Origin: Candidatus Jordarchaeales archaeon
GTDB taxonomy: Archaea; Asgardarchaeota; Jordiarchaeia; Jordiarchaeales; Freyrarchaeaceae
DNA: 32,000 bases
NCBI GenBank assembly: GCA_038889235.1
Contig: JAWAHN010000001.1
Span: 814,852 to 846,851, forward strand
Direction: 5' to 3'
Shown: piece after piece, positions 1-9,766 of the stretch
Layout of the letters: each line of letters begins with the position of its first letter
Position numbering within the stretch: the stretch's first letter is position 1
The notes under the pieces: model-generated
What the model saw: only the letters and a program-made list of their open reading frames with translations
Told to the model about the DNA's origin: nothing
The model's database searches: none
Made by a program: the position numbers and the translations under genes

Positions 1-1373
1 CCCCTTTCAAAAATTCTCAGTACTTCATCTAATTTCGGCATGCTTTCTTTCAAGTTTGCTTTTTGAGCTGCAGCAACACTTGTTGCGATGCCGAAACGGG
101 CACTTTCAGCCAATCCGTTTCCATCAAGTATGGATTTTATAAAACCTGCTAAGAAAGCGTCTTTGGCCCTTTTCCCATCTAAAACATCTGCGTTAATCCC
201 TTCTACGTCTATCTTTCCTTTTTCAATGTAAATTGTGCAACCTTTCTTTATTCCTTTAAAGACAACCACGCATCGTAATCCTTGTTCGAAAAGACGCGAA
301 ATTTCGCCTGCATCTTTTGACAGTATATTCCAGCCCTTTTCTCCTAAGACTAAGAAGTCAGTGTTCCTTAGCATTCCTTCAACGTTTTTGAAGCCGCTTT
401 CGAGAAGAAACGTCGCGGGTCTGTAGAAAACTTTCACTCCGCTCGCCTTAGCATAGCTGGCAAGCAACTCACCTATTTCCTTAAACACTTCGCAGATGCA
501 AATAGCCTTAGAGTTTTTTATCAGGTCCCAGTTCACTTCTCTAGGGTCCGAAAGTGACAAAGCAGTCTTCGCAGTTGCCGTAACATAAATCCTTTTCTGT
601 CCTTTCTCGAAAATTGTTAAAGTCATTGGGGTGTATAGTTTATGGTCAATCACGAGGTTCGACGTGTCAACCCCCTCATTTAATAGGTGGCTTATTATCT
701 GCCATCCCAACATATCGCCGCCGATTTTCCCCGCAAAACTTACTTTCACATTAAGTCTTGAAAGGGCTATGGCAACATTTCCACCAGAACCACCCATGGT
801 TTCTTGAAAGTCGTAGAGGAGGTTAAGAGTAGAAGAGGTCTGCTCACTATAAAGGAGGTAGTCCACTGATGCGACGCCGTAGACCACAACTTCTGGCTTA
901 AATGAAGCCTTTTGAAATTTAGCTAGACTGGTTGCAACGGCTACAGAGAAAGCCTCTTTGAGTCTTTCAACACCCATACCTTTTTTGAGACAAAGCTCTG
1001 CTATGTTGTTCAGGTAGGATTTGAGTAATTCTTCTAAGACTTTCTCTAAATCTGTCGATGGAAGACGCCTTTTAAACATCAGAAGAAGCCAGCGACCAAC
1101 GTTGGTGGGTTTATACCATATGACGTATTTTCCTTCTTCAAGCTTGTATTCTTTTTCTAAAACGCCTAGTCGAACCAAATTCTTCAAATGAGAGATGACG
1201 GTCTTATTGGAGTGCCTTAGCTGTCTTATTATGTCCTTCTGCGTCTGGACGCCGCGGTCAATTTTTTCCAGTATTTCAAGGGATATGGGTGACCCGAATA
1301 CCTCCAGTAGGAAAGTTTTTAATTCGTAAGGGTTCGCGGGAAGGAATAGGAGGTATGGCCAGTTCTCACCCAT
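1..1373 (-). CDS. winged-helix DNA-binding domain fused to a PfkB/ribokinase-family kinase (3' end runs off the window)
   Basis: My own minus-strand translation from ATG 1373 stays open to position 1, which is why it is absent from the ORF track. N-terminus MGENWPYLL...SLEILEKIDRGVQTQKDIIRQLRHSNKTVISHLKNLVRLGVLEKE looks like a wHTH. It is followed by ETMGGSGGNVAIALSRLN (PfkB N-terminal motif) and DGKRAKDAFLAGF (degenerate PfkB DTxGAGDAF motif). The start overlaps the upstream stop (ATGGGTGA). Confidence 0.7.
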   Translation of the reverse strand, partial: MGENWPYLLFLPANPYELKTFLLEVFGSPISLEILEKIDRGVQTQKDIIRQLRHSNKTVISHLKNLVRLGVLEKEYKLEEGKYVIWYKPTNVGRWLLLMFKRRLPSTDLEKVLEELLKSYLNNIAELCLKKGMGVERLKEAFSVAVATSLAKFQKASFKPEVVVYGVASVDYLLYSEQTSSTLNLLYDFQETMGGSGGNVAIALSRLNVKVSFAGKIGGDMLGWQIISHLLNEGVDTSNLVIDHKLYTPMTLTIFEKGQKRIYVTATAKTALSLSDPREVNWDLIKNSKAICICEVFKEIGELLASYAKASGVKVFYRPATFLLESGFKNVEGMLRNTDFLVLGEKGWNILSKDAGEISRLFEQGLRCVVVFKGIKKGCTIYIEKGKIDVEGINADVLDGKRAKDAFLAGFIKSILDGNGLAESARFGIATSVAAAQKANLKESMPKLDEVLRIFER

Positions 1374-1764
1374 CACTAGGATCCTCCTCGATTCTTTCTA
1401 TAAACATGAGGGGATATTTAAGCTCTGGAACATACTTCATTCCTGCGGAAACCTTTGTTCGCCCATATTTTACTACTAACCTGACTGATAGATTTTTACC
1501 GTCGAGTTCAGTGTAGCCGTATTTGTTTAATTCATCATCCTGCGGCAGTTTAATTTCAACGTGTACGGATTCAACGTAAGGTTGGCAGGAAACGGCTGTC
1601 TCTATTGCCCTTTCTATTGCCGAAATATTGTTCCTTGATAAAGGAACACCTGTGAATTGATGATAAATTGCCCCTAGTTTTATTCCTGCTTCGAAAACAG
1701 CTCTATCCCTGTCTGAAACGTTGCTCCCAAAAAAGCGCTTAACAGTATCTTCCACGTTTTCCAC
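1366..1764 (-). CDS. mptD: archaeal dihydroneopterin aldolase-like protein (MptD family)
   Basis: 132-aa ORF with a GTG start and a G-rich SD about 12 nt upstream. FEAGIKLGAIYHQFTGVPLS and the overall size match my recollection of the archaeal MptD/DUF381 family. It is translationally coupled to the downstream kinase. Confidence 0.5.
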   Translation of the reverse strand: MENVEDTVKRFFGSNVSDRDRAVFEAGIKLGAIYHQFTGVPLSRNNISAIERAIETAVSCQPYVESVHVEIKLPQDDELNKYGYTELDGKNLSVRLVVKYGRTKVSAGMKYVPELKYPLMFIERIEEDPSDG

Positions 1765-1836
1765 GGGTCTACTAACCCCCCTACGCTTTCCAGTTTAGTA
1801 CATCGAATTCATCGTGTAAAATGACGCGTCTGGAAA

Positions 1837-1860
1837 ACATTTAAAGACGACATTTAAAGA
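1837..1860 (+). repeat. tandem 11-nt direct repeat acatttaaaga x2 (period 13) containing TATA-like tttaaa boxes, in the divergent mptD / PurM-like promoter gap
   Basis: Read directly: 1837-1847 and 1850-1860 are identical. The second copy lies about 45 nt upstream of ATG 1903. Confidence 0.75.
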
Positions 1861-1902
1861 AAGTTTCTCGAAAAGAGTGCAACATGAGAGGGTTTTCTAG
1901 TA

Positions 1903-3279
1903 ATGAGTGATCTTGAAGGATTAGTAAAAAGGCTTATCGCAAAGGGTTGGGCACGCGAACAAATTTTGGCGCAGCTTTTACAGGAGATAATGTTTTTCAA
2001 AGACATTTCAAGGGATGAGGCGGCCGCTTTTGCAGAAGCGGTTATTTCAGAGGTTGAAACTTCAATGAAAGCGATGAATGACGAGCGCGTCAGCTGGATA
2101 CTTAAGCATCAGAAGGCAGGAGCTACAATGCATGACTTGGGAGTAGGGTGCAGAGGTGAAGGAGACTTCTTCGTGCACAGGCTCCTCTCTGAGATAGCAG
2201 AGATTGGAACCCCGCTTTTGCTCGGACCGAGGGCACAGGATGACGCTGGAGCAGTCGAGTACAACGGCGGCGTCATAGTAGTGGCAGTTGATGGAACGCA
2301 TTCGCGCTTAACCGAGTTTCCTTTCATAGCAGGATTTCATGTGGCAAGAGCAGCCCTCAGAGACGTCTATGTTAAGGGGGCGAGGCCTGTAGCGATGTTT
2401 GTTGACCTTCACCTAGCGGATGACGGCGATGTGAGTGTGCTCTTCGATTTTATGGGGGGAGTTAGGGCGGTTTCCGAGCTTTCAAGAGTGCCAATAGTCG
2501 CTGGTTCCACGCTTAGAGTTGGAGGGGACATGGTTATTGGAACGCGCTTCGTTTCGTGCGTCGGAGCAGTTGGAGTGGCGAAGAGCAAGGAATTCATGGC
2601 AGCAAGGAGTAAGATAAAACCTGGAGACGACATAGTAATGACGGAAGGAGCTGGAGGAGGAACCATAGCAACAACCGCGATATATGGGGGAATGCCGGAG
2701 GTTGTTTTGGAAACACTTAATGTTCAATTTATTGAGGCTTGCGAGGCTTTACTGAAAGAGGGGTTGTTTGACAAGATACACGCGGCAACCGACTGGACAA
2801 ATGGTGGACTTAGGGGGGACTGTAACGAAATATGTAAGATTGCTGGAGTCGGAATGGTAATATACGAGGACAAAGTTAAGGCTCTTTTAAATAAGAAAGT
2901 GTTAGACATGCTTGAAAAATTTTCAATAGATTATCTAGGGGTCTCCATGGATGCGCTTCTAGTTTTTACGCCTCCGGAAAACACAGACGAAGTTCTTCGC
3001 ACTTTAAGGAGAGCAGGTGTCAAGAGTGACGTCATAGGACGCGTTATTGATGAACCCAAAATGCCAATTCTAGTGAGGAATGGAGAAAAAGTACCGTTCA
3101 ACGTCCTTTACAGAGAGGCAGCATACACTAAAGTGAAGAAAATTGTCGGGGAACAAGCTCCCGCTGAGAAAGAGAAACTTATGGAAGTAGCTGAGAAAGC
3201 TGCACAGAGATCCATTGAGAAAGCCAACAACGTAGTGAGATTTGTACTCGAAAGAAGGAACACGAGACAAATAACTTAA
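1903..3279 (+). CDS. AIR synthase-related protein (PurM/HypE/ThiL superfamily, COG2144-like)
   Basis: 458-aa [11 protein letters not shown]...VVAVDGTH...[23 protein letters not shown] is the PurM-type N-domain Asp-rich motif, and GAGGGTIAT sits in the C-domain. There is an extra helical N-terminal segment of about 70 aa. Confidence 0.6.
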   Translation: MSDLEGLVKRLIAKGWAREQILAQLLQEIMFFKDISRDEAAAFAEAVISEVETSMKAMNDERVSWILKHQKAGATMHDLGVGCRGEGDFFVHRLLSEIAEIGTPLLLGPRAQDDAGAVEYNGGVIVVAVDGTHSRLTEFPFIAGFHVARAALRDVYVKGARPVAMFVDLHLADDGDVSVLFDFMGGVRAVSELSRVPIVAGSTLRVGGDMVIGTRFVSCVGAVGVAKSKEFMAARSKIKPGDDIVMTEGAGGGTIATTAIYGGMPEVVLETLNVQFIEACEALLKEGLFDKIHAATDWTNGGLRGDCNEICKIAGVGMVIYEDKVKALLNKKVLDMLEKFSIDYLGVSMDALLVFTPPENTDEVLRTLRRAGVKSDVIGRVIDEPKMPILVRNGEKVPFNVLYREAAYTKVKKIVGEQAPAEKEKLMEVAEKAAQRSIEKANNVVRFVLERRNTRQIT

Positions 3280-4220
3280 CCGTCTACTACTCCGTCCTCA
3301 GTTATGAGGAATACTGTTTCCTGTTCTGGTAGGAAGGGGCTATCAACGACTCTCGCTATTCGTTGGTTGCCTTTTCCTTTTCTTAAGTATATTCTGGTTG
3401 TACAGTTGTGGGCGACTATATGGCCACCGACTGGCTGTGTAGGATCACCGAAGAATGCGTCTGGCTTAGCCATCACTTGGTTTGTTACCACAACTGCTAG
3501 GTTATATAGCTCAGCGAGCCTAAGTAGCGTGTGAAGATGTTTGTTAAGTTTTTGCTGCCGCTCAGCAAGCAAGCCTCGCCCAATATACTCAGAGCGGAAG
3601 TGGCCGACAATGCTGTCAACTACAATTAATTTAATGTTTTTTCCTTCGTTTATGAGGTCTTCGACGCTTTGAGCGAGGTAAAGCTGATGGTCAGAGTTGT
3701 ATGCCCTAGCGTAAATGACTCTTTGAAGCACCTTCTTCTGATCTAGATTAAACCTCTTTGCTATTTGGAGAAGGCGCTCCGGTCTGAAGGTTCCCTCTGT
3801 GTCGATATATACTGCTTCCCCATCCAGTCCTCCAGACTCAACCGGGAGCTGGACAGTGACAGATAATTGGTGGCATATTTGCGTTTTTCCAGTACGGAAC
3901 TCTCCGAAAAGCTCAGTTATCCCTCTTGTTTCAATACCACCACCGAGAAGCTCATCTAGATTCTTACAACCAGTCGTGATTTGAGAAATCTTTTTCCTTT
4001 GCTCGAGAAATTCTTCAGCAGAGATGAAACCTATATTGACAAGTTCTCTTGCAGCTTCTATTATTTTAGCAGCAGTGCTCTCACCTATCTCTGCGGCTAT
4101 CGCTATTTCTTTAGGTGTAGCGACAGCTACGGCTTCAGGAGTTCTATACCCAGCCTCGTAGAGTTTTTTAGCAATAGCTGGCCCAACCCCTGGGATTTCT
4201 TCCAGTGAGTCAAACGACAC
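3276..4220 (-). CDS. radA: DNA repair and recombination protein RadA
   Basis: 314 aa with a GTG start. N-terminal HhH ([20 protein letters not shown]), Walker [10 protein letters not shown], Walker B KLIVVDS, and the typical RadA C-terminus. Confidence 0.95.
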   Translation of the reverse strand: MSFDSLEEIPGVGPAIAKKLYEAGYRTPEAVAVATPKEIAIAAEIGESTAAKIIEAARELVNIGFISAEEFLEQRKKISQITTGCKNLDELLGGGIETRGITELFGEFRTGKTQICHQLSVTVQLPVESGGLDGEAVYIDTEGTFRPERLLQIAKRFNLDQKKVLQRVIYARAYNSDHQLYLAQSVEDLINEGKNIKLIVVDSIVGHFRSEYIGRGLLAERQQKLNKHLHTLLRLAELYNLAVVVTNQVMAKPDAFFGDPTQPVGGHIVAHNCTTRIYLRKGKGNQRIARVVDSPFLPEQETVFLITEDGVVDG

Positions 4221-4318
4221 AGAGGCACACCTCCAGATTTCAAGGAATATATAGAGTTTCGAGGCCCTTAAATTTTTAATCGTCAGTATCGATAAAGAGC
4301 TCAGAGGGGTGTGCCTGT

Positions 4319-4981
4319 GTGGAACTAAGATTAAGTAAATTGGGATTTGAACCGAAATGCGTGTATGAAGTCATCGTTACAACACTTAACGAGGATAAAA
4401 CGCTCAACGCAGCTCCAATGGGCGTCTTATTGGGGGGAGACGATATCCTAATAATGCAACCGTATATCGCCACAAGAACCTACCACAACATATCTAGGAC
4501 GAGAGAGGCTGTAGTGAATATAACAGACGACATCACACTCTTCTTCACGACAATTTTCGAGAAAGAAAAAGTAAGAGAGTTGCCTGTCTTGAAAGCAAAA
4601 CACGTTTCAGTACCTATTCTAGCTGATTCCAAAGCTTATGTAGAATGTATGGTTGAAGGGGAACCTGTAGTGTATGATGGAAGAGCAAAGGTAACTTTGA
4701 GGGCGCTCGAGTGCGGACTCTTGAGCCAAAATTCTAGGCCCATTTGTAGGGCGTTCAACGTGATTTTAGAGTCGATAATACATTTTACGCGGGTAAAGTA
4801 CTTAGTTGAAAAAGGTGACATAAACGGGGTGATGAAACTGTTGGAGCTGATAACATTTTACAAAGACCTTGTAAAAAGAGTATGTGGTGGAACGCGGTAC
4901 GAAGAAATGATGAATAGAATTTATGAGGAAGCGTACATGAGTGCAAAAGGAATTAAGGGAACCTTGAGTATGTTTCCCTAG
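4319..4981 (+). CDS. DUF447-like protein (FMN-binding split-barrel-like)
   Basis: 220-aa ORF with a GTG start. The N-terminal [21 protein letters not shown] pattern resembles flavin-reductase-like/DUF447 proteins. The assignment is from memory of the family only. Confidence 0.4.
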   Translation: MELRLSKLGFEPKCVYEVIVTTLNEDKTLNAAPMGVLLGGDDILIMQPYIATRTYHNISRTREAVVNITDDITLFFTTIFEKEKVRELPVLKAKHVSVPILADSKAYVECMVEGEPVVYDGRAKVTLRALECGLLSQNSRPICRAFNVILESIIHFTRVKYLVEKGDINGVMKLLELITFYKDLVKRVCGGTRYEEMMNRIYEEAYMSAKGIKGTLSMFP

Positions 4982-5026
4982 GAAAATACGACTTTAGAGA
5001 TAAAGTAAAGCAGAGGAGGGCAAGTT

Positions 5027-5599
5027 ATGTCGCTTGACGAAAAGACCGCAAAGAGGCTTATCCGGGTACTCCAACAAGTAGAGGATACCACCAAACTTGA
5101 GGGAGTTGCAATAGTAAATAGAGATGGGTTAAGAGTCGCTTGCGCGGAGTCGGCTAAAGTCGATGTCGACACCATTTCAACGGCTTCAGCGGCAATAATA
5201 AACACTAGTGAGACGACCGCCGCGCAGCTGGGGCATGGAAACGTTTCTGAGGTAATAATAAAGGGTGATTCAGGATACCTAATTATAACGAGAGTTGATG
5301 ACCAACATTTCATGGTTGCATCAAGCAGAGACATTATGAGATTAGGGTTAAATCTCGGAATTCTTAAGAGGTACGCGCGATCTATAGCAGAACTTCTCGC
5401 ACAATCAAAGGCTAAAGTAGCAGTACCACAAACGATAATAACACAACCGATTTTGCCTCCTCCAGCAGTTAGTAGAGAAGAAACTGTCAGTGACAAGGAG
5501 GCGATCTTTGAAGCTCTAAGAGCTTTAGGGCTCGAAGACGCAGTTACCGAAGTGCAAGTTCAAAGCAGGAAAGGAGAAGAAAGAACAGAGAGAATATGA
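5027..5599 (+). CDS. Roadblock/LC7 (MglB-like) domain protein with a C-terminal tail
   Basis: 190 aa. LEGVAIVNRDGLRVA...TISTASAAIINTSETTAAQLGHGNVSEVIIKGDSGYLIITRVDD is the typical Roadblock/LC7 pattern. It is followed by a low-complexity Pro/Glu-rich tail of about 70 aa. Confidence 0.65.
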   Translation: MSLDEKTAKRLIRVLQQVEDTTKLEGVAIVNRDGLRVACAESAKVDVDTISTASAAIINTSETTAAQLGHGNVSEVIIKGDSGYLIITRVDDQHFMVASSRDIMRLGLNLGILKRYARSIAELLAQSKAKVAVPQTIITQPILPPPAVSREETVSDKEAIFEALRALGLEDAVTEVQVQSRKGEERTERI

Positions 5600-5682
5600 A
5601 GAAGACAGGTTTTCAGCGAGAAGTTGGGCAGCCGGCTTTCCTTAGAGGTGACTGCTTCGCTTCGTTGCATTTTAGCTCTTAA

Positions 5683-6732
5683 CTAGAGGAAAGTTGCAAC
5701 TTTAGCTATGAAACAGAGTACAAGGAACAATGACAGCGCCTTTATGGATAGCCATATGCGTTCTCCGCTTGGCTTCATAAGAGTCCACATGAAAACAAGC
5801 AGAAATGAAAGGAAGCCGACTGCGAAGTGGATGTTCGATTTTAACGCGTCAAGCAGAGGGATACCACTCATCAAATAGAGAATCATTCCAAGTGACAGAC
5901 AACGCCTTTTACCTAATGCCACTGCTAATGTTCTTACTCCTGAGAGCTTATCTGCTTCATAGTCCAAGGTGGCGGTTAATGTGTAAAACGCAGCCCCCAG
6001 AAGCGTTGAGCCCAAAAAGTAGTTTAACGGAAATGTCTTTCCAAGAATATATACCAGCGATAAGATAGAGCCGAAATAAGTCTTGAGGGAGTGCATTAAA
6101 ACGTGCACTAGTGAAAGAGTAACTGAGGATAAGGATAAACCTTCGGGAGAGCTTGTGTAAACCACGTAACCTGCAACAAATGGTAAAACCGCTAAGCCTA
6201 TAGTATTCCAGGTGAGGTCCAAAGGAGGTTTACTTTTAAATCTAGGCTTGTACGAATAAGTTAGAGAGAAGAAATGCCCTAACATAATTATCGCTGCAAA
6301 GATGCAGGAGACTATGAGGCCTACCAAAATGCTCACAAATGATGAAAGCAAGCTTATCCAAGCTATGTTTCTCGGTGAAATACTCCCCTCAACTATCGGG
6401 TTAACATAATCTTTCTGGTAGAAGGCGTGTTTGTCACTTTCCTGAGCGTCGGCGTAACTGTTTACATTACATCCAGAAATGGAGGCGAGAAAAATTGCAA
6501 GGTATGCTGTAAGGAAAGAGGGACTTAAGGTAAAAGTAGAAACAAGGAATTTCACTAATTGCTGGAAAAAGGAAAAAGAGCTAAAAGAAAGGAGTACTGG
6601 TGAAGCAAACGTACTCAAACTGCCAACCAGAAAGTAAGACAGAGGAATTAACGTGAATAAGGGTCTTGTCAAGTTGTAAATTAACCTCAGCAGACGAGGC
6701 AACGTCCCACCTCTTGAATCCCCGCCACACAT
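5683..6732 (-). CDS. UbiA-family integral membrane prenyltransferase
   Basis: 349-aa polytopic membrane protein with two Asp-rich motifs: NSYADAQESD and LDYEADKLSGVRTLAVALG (UbiA-type DxxxD...G..T). Confidence 0.65.
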   Translation of the reverse strand: MCGGDSRGGTLPRLLRLIYNLTRPLFTLIPLSYFLVGSLSTFASPVLLSFSSFSFFQQLVKFLVSTFTLSPSFLTAYLAIFLASISGCNVNSYADAQESDKHAFYQKDYVNPIVEGSISPRNIAWISLLSSFVSILVGLIVSCIFAAIIMLGHFFSLTYSYKPRFKSKPPLDLTWNTIGLAVLPFVAGYVVYTSSPEGLSLSSVTLSLVHVLMHSLKTYFGSILSLVYILGKTFPLNYFLGSTLLGAAFYTLTATLDYEADKLSGVRTLAVALGKRRCLSLGMILYLMSGIPLLDALKSNIHFAVGFLSFLLVFMWTLMKPSGERIWLSIKALSLFLVLCFIAKVATFL

Positions 6733-6803
6733 CAGTAAAGATAATTTAAATAAGCAATTCGTGAAGCATCAAAATAAAATTAGCGATAATGACTGAAGAA
6801 AAG

Positions 6804-6811
6804 TTTTTATA
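6804..6811 (+). promoter_or_regulatory. TATA-like box upstream of the rpl22 operon
   Basis: tttttata lies about 45 nt upstream of the first ATG of rpl22, in an AT-rich gap facing the divergent UbiA gene. Confidence 0.3.
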
Positions 6812-6855
6812 CGTCGCTGATTTTGAATACCACAACATTTAGTTACGCTTAACTT

Positions 6856-7341
6856 ATGAGGGAACTTATCATGCCCAGATTTGGATACTCGATTTACGGG
6901 CTTGACCCAGCACTGACTGCAAAGGCAAGCGGGCGTGACTTGAGAATCTCGCCTAAAGCAGCCCGTGAAATATGTAACACGATTAAAGGTATGATGTTAT
7001 ATGAAGCAAAAAAGCTCTTAGAGGATGTTATACACCTTAGGAGACCGATACCTTTCAGGAGGCATAAGGGCAAGCAAGCACATAAACGTGGACTCCAGGG
7101 CTGGCATTCAGGCAGGTACCCTGTTAAGGCGGCACGAGAAATAATGAAGATTCTAGATAATGTTGAAACAAATGCCGAACAGAAAGGGTTAGATGTTGAT
7201 AACTTGAGAATAATACACGCCGCGGCACATAAAGGACCTGTTATGAAGCGTTATATCCCCCGTGCTTTTGGTAGAGCTACACCTAAGTTTAGAAGGCTCA
7301 CTCATGTTGAAATAGTTGTTAAAGAGGAGAGAAGCGAGTGA
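6856..7341 (+). CDS. rpl22: 50S ribosomal protein L22 (uL22)
   Basis: SGRDLRISPKAAREICNTIKG...GRYPVKAAREIMKILDN...RAFGRATPKFRRLTHVEIVV. The start may instead be ATG 6871 (MPRFGYS). Confidence 0.93.
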   Translation: MRELIMPRFGYSIYGLDPALTAKASGRDLRISPKAAREICNTIKGMMLYEAKKLLEDVIHLRRPIPFRRHKGKQAHKRGLQGWHSGRYPVKAAREIMKILDNVETNAEQKGLDVDNLRIIHAAAHKGPVMKRYIPRAFGRATPKFRRLTHVEIVVKEERSE

Positions 7342-7355
7342 TTGGAGGGGCTGCT

Positions 7356-7997
7356 ATGTCAGCAAAAGCCCACTTTATCCGCAGCGCTATACAAAAAGTT
7401 GAGATTGACGAGTTCCTCTCAAAAGAGCTAAAGAAGGCGGGCTATGCGGGTGTAGAGCTCCAAAAGACAGCGCTAGGAACCAACGTGATTATTTACGCTT
7501 CCAAACCTGGGCTGGTAATTGGAAAAAGGGGTAGAAACATACAGCAACTAACAGAGATACTAGAAAAGAGGTTTAAGGTAGAGAACCCACAGATAAGTGT
7601 TCAAGAAGTAGAGAACCCGGAGCTAAACGCACGTGTGATGGCTAACCGGCTCGCAATAGAGCTGGAGAAGGGGACAAATTACCGTAGAGCAAGCTACTTC
7701 ATTTTGAAGAGGATAATGAGCGCTGGTGCACTCGGATGCGAAATTACAGTTAGCGGAAAGTTGACGAGTCAGCGTGCCAAATACCGCAAATTTAAGCAAG
7801 GGACTCTCGTAAAATGCGGTGAGCCAGCCCAGCTGTTCGTTGACAGAGCAGTAGCCTATGCACTACTTAAACCGGGAGTTATGGGAGTAGAAGTGAAGAT
7901 AATGCTGCCAAACGCCGTGCTTCCAGACAATGTGGAGTTCAAAAAAGCAGAAAAAGCTGAGGAAGTGAAAACTGGGGAAGTGAAAGAGGAAGGGTAG
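7356..7997 (+). CDS. rps3: 30S ribosomal protein S3 (uS3)
   Basis: MSAKAHFIRSAIQKVEIDEFLSKELKKAGYAG, with KH domain GLVIGKRGRNI. SD ggagggg lies at 7344-7350. The ORF track's GTG at 7338 is the alternative start. Confidence 0.93.
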   Translation: MSAKAHFIRSAIQKVEIDEFLSKELKKAGYAGVELQKTALGTNVIIYASKPGLVIGKRGRNIQQLTEILEKRFKVENPQISVQEVENPELNARVMANRLAIELEKGTNYRRASYFILKRIMSAGALGCEITVSGKLTSQRAKYRKFKQGTLVKCGEPAQLFVDRAVAYALLKPGVMGVEVKIMLPNAVLPDNVEFKKAEKAEEVKTGEVKEEG

Positions 7998-8007
7998 GAG
8001 GGGTAGC

Positions 8008-8247
8008 ATGAGCTACAAGATTAAAGAAATAAGGTCTTGGAGCGACGAAGAGTTAAAGAAAAAACTTGATGAGTTGAGGGCGGAGCAGCTAAACCTACGC
8101 ATGATAAAGTTGCTCGGTGGATCAATCGAAAACCCTGCAAGGATAAGAAATATTAGGAGAACTATTGCAAGGATCTTGACTGTCATTAACGAAAGGAAGA
8201 GGAAGGCGGAAGTTGAGCAGAAGGAAGGTGAGCAGAAAGAAAAGTAG
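8008..8247 (+). CDS. rpl29: 50S ribosomal protein L29 (uL29)
   Basis: 79 aa. IRSWSDEELKKKLDELRAEQLNLR, in the conserved position after S3. Confidence 0.9.
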   Translation: MSYKIKEIRSWSDEELKKKLDELRAEQLNLRMIKLLGGSIENPARIRNIRRTIARILTVINERKRKAEVEQKEGEQKEK

Positions 8248-8605
8248 TGTAACTGCAGCAAACTTGATTAGGCATGAACTCATAGGTTTAAAAGTGAAGG
8301 TTGCGGAAAGTTTAAACAACAATCTTGTGGGGTTAACTGGGACTATAGTTGATGAAACGCGTAACACAATAAAGTTAAGATGCGAATCTGGTGAAAAAAT
8401 TATTCCAAAAGAAGTTTGTATCTTCATGTTCGAGCTGCCTAATGGTAATAAAATAGAAGTTGATGGACGATTACTAAACGGACGGCCAGAGGAAAGAATA
8501 AAAATGAAAAAACGGAAAATTGTCTGGCCGCTTACTGTTGAGAGACAACTTAAAAAGGTAAGGTTTAACCCTGCGATGTTCGAGGTGTTGCCGCTTGACG
8601 CGTAA
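8213..8605 (+). CDS. rnp1: RNase P protein component 1 (Rpp29/Pop4)
   Basis: [16 protein letters not shown]...[16 protein letters not shown]...[29 protein letters not shown] matches archaeal Rpp29. The start is uncertain because the ORF overlaps rpl29 by 35 nt. There are about 28 extra C-terminal residues. Confidence 0.8.
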   Translation: MSRRKVSRKKSSVTAANLIRHELIGLKVKVAESLNNNLVGLTGTIVDETRNTIKLRCESGEKIIPKEVCIFMFELPNGNKIEVDGRLLNGRPEERIKMKKRKIVWPLTVERQLKKVRFNPAMFEVLPLDA

Positions 8606-8930
8606 CATAGGTGTTGACGTTAAACCGCCACGACAAAGCTGCAATGATCCGTACTGCCCGTTCCATGGAAAGATTTCAGTGAGAGGCATGATGTTTGAAG
8701 GCGAGGTTGTAAGCGACAAAATGCAGAGGACAGTAACCGTTGAGAGAGAATATTTGAAGTACAACTCGAAATATAAACGCTATGAAAGGAGAAGGTCTAA
8801 AATTCACGCGCATAACCCACCATGTATAGATGCTAAAAAAGGGGATAAAGTTAAAATTATGGAGTGTCGTCCCTTAAGTAAAACAGTCTCATTTGTGGTT
8901 ATAGAGAAAATCTCAGAAAAAGGCGATTAA
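8595..8930 (+). CDS. rps17: 30S ribosomal protein S17 (uS17)
   Basis: TTG start. [45 protein letters not shown]...[13 protein letters not shown]. Confidence 0.92.
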   Translation: MTRNIGVDVKPPRQSCNDPYCPFHGKISVRGMMFEGEVVSDKMQRTVTVEREYLKYNSKYKRYERRRSKIHAHNPPCIDAKKGDKVKIMECRPLSKTVSFVVIEKISEKGD

Positions 8931-8945
8931 AGGGGGTAACCTGGA

Positions 8946-9371
8946 ATGTCGAAGCGCGGTGCTGCCAAGGTACGTGTTGGAATTAAGCCTAAAGTCTCTC
9001 GTGGTTTGCCTAATGGTGCAAGGGTTCTATGTGCTGATAACTCTGGTGCTAAAGTAGTTCAGATAATATCTGTGATAGGCTACAAAGGGCGTCTAAACAG
9101 GTATCCTTCTGCAGGTGTTGGGGACATGGTATCCGTGGCGGTGAAGGACGGAACACCTGAAATGAGAAAACAGGTTCTAAGAGCGATTGTAATTAGGCAA
9201 AGAAAGCCGTACAGGAGGAGAAGTGGTGAGTGGATACAGTTTGAAGACAATGCAGTAGTTATAGTGTCTCCAGAAGGAGATCCAAAAGGAACAGAGATAC
9301 ACGGACCAGTAGCGCGGGAAGCGGCGGAAAGATGGCCTAAACTGGCAGGTATAGCTAGGATAATAGTTTAG
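8946..9371 (+). CDS. rpl14: 50S ribosomal protein L14 (uL14)
   Basis: [16 protein letters not shown]...[13 protein letters not shown]...FEDNAVVIV. Confidence 0.95.
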   Translation: MSKRGAAKVRVGIKPKVSRGLPNGARVLCADNSGAKVVQIISVIGYKGRLNRYPSAGVGDMVSVAVKDGTPEMRKQVLRAIVIRQRKPYRRRSGEWIQFEDNAVVIVSPEGDPKGTEIHGPVAREAAERWPKLAGIARIIV

Positions 9372-9385
9372 ATAGGTGATTAGAC

Positions 9386-9760
9386 ATGAAGAAGACTATA
9401 AGTCCTAGAAAGCAAAGGAAAGCATTGTATAATGCACCCTTACACGTAAGGCACAAAATGTTTGGCGCGAGATTGTCCCCAGAGCTTAGGGAAAAATATG
9501 GGGTCAAAACTCTGCCGGTACGTGAAGGAGACGAAGTGTTAGTGATGCGAGGAACGTTTAAGGGAACTGAAGGAAAAGTTGTAGAAGTTGACAGGAAAAA
9601 ATATAGAATCTATGTGGAAAATGTGACTATAGAAAAGGCGGATGGAACGGTAGTTTATTATCCAATCCACCCCTCGAAAGTTATGATAACCAAGCTTAAA
9701 CTTGACGATGAGCGAAGGAAGAAAATTATAGAGAGAAAAAGAGCGGTCTTGGAGGCGTAG
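9386..9760 (+). CDS. rpl24: 50S ribosomal protein L24 (uL24)
   Basis: [16 protein letters not shown]...[21 protein letters not shown] (KOW motif). Confidence 0.93.
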   Translation: MKKTISPRKQRKALYNAPLHVRHKMFGARLSPELREKYGVKTLPVREGDEVLVMRGTFKGTEGKVVEVDRKKYRIYVENVTIEKADGTVVYYPIHPSKVMITKLKLDDERRKKIIERKRAVLEA

Positions 9761-9766
9761 TCGAAA

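Noticed and set aside
1765-1790. taacccccctacgc upstream of mptD resembles the reverse complement of the rpl44e intron hairpin (ttacccccctctacgc).
   Set aside because: On the coding (minus) strand it reads gcgtaggggggttag, about 12 nt before the GTG start, so it is a G-rich Shine-Dalgarno element. The same GGGGGG boxes precede rps14, rpl14 and the DUF106 gene. The similarity comes from G-run composition, not from a repeat family.
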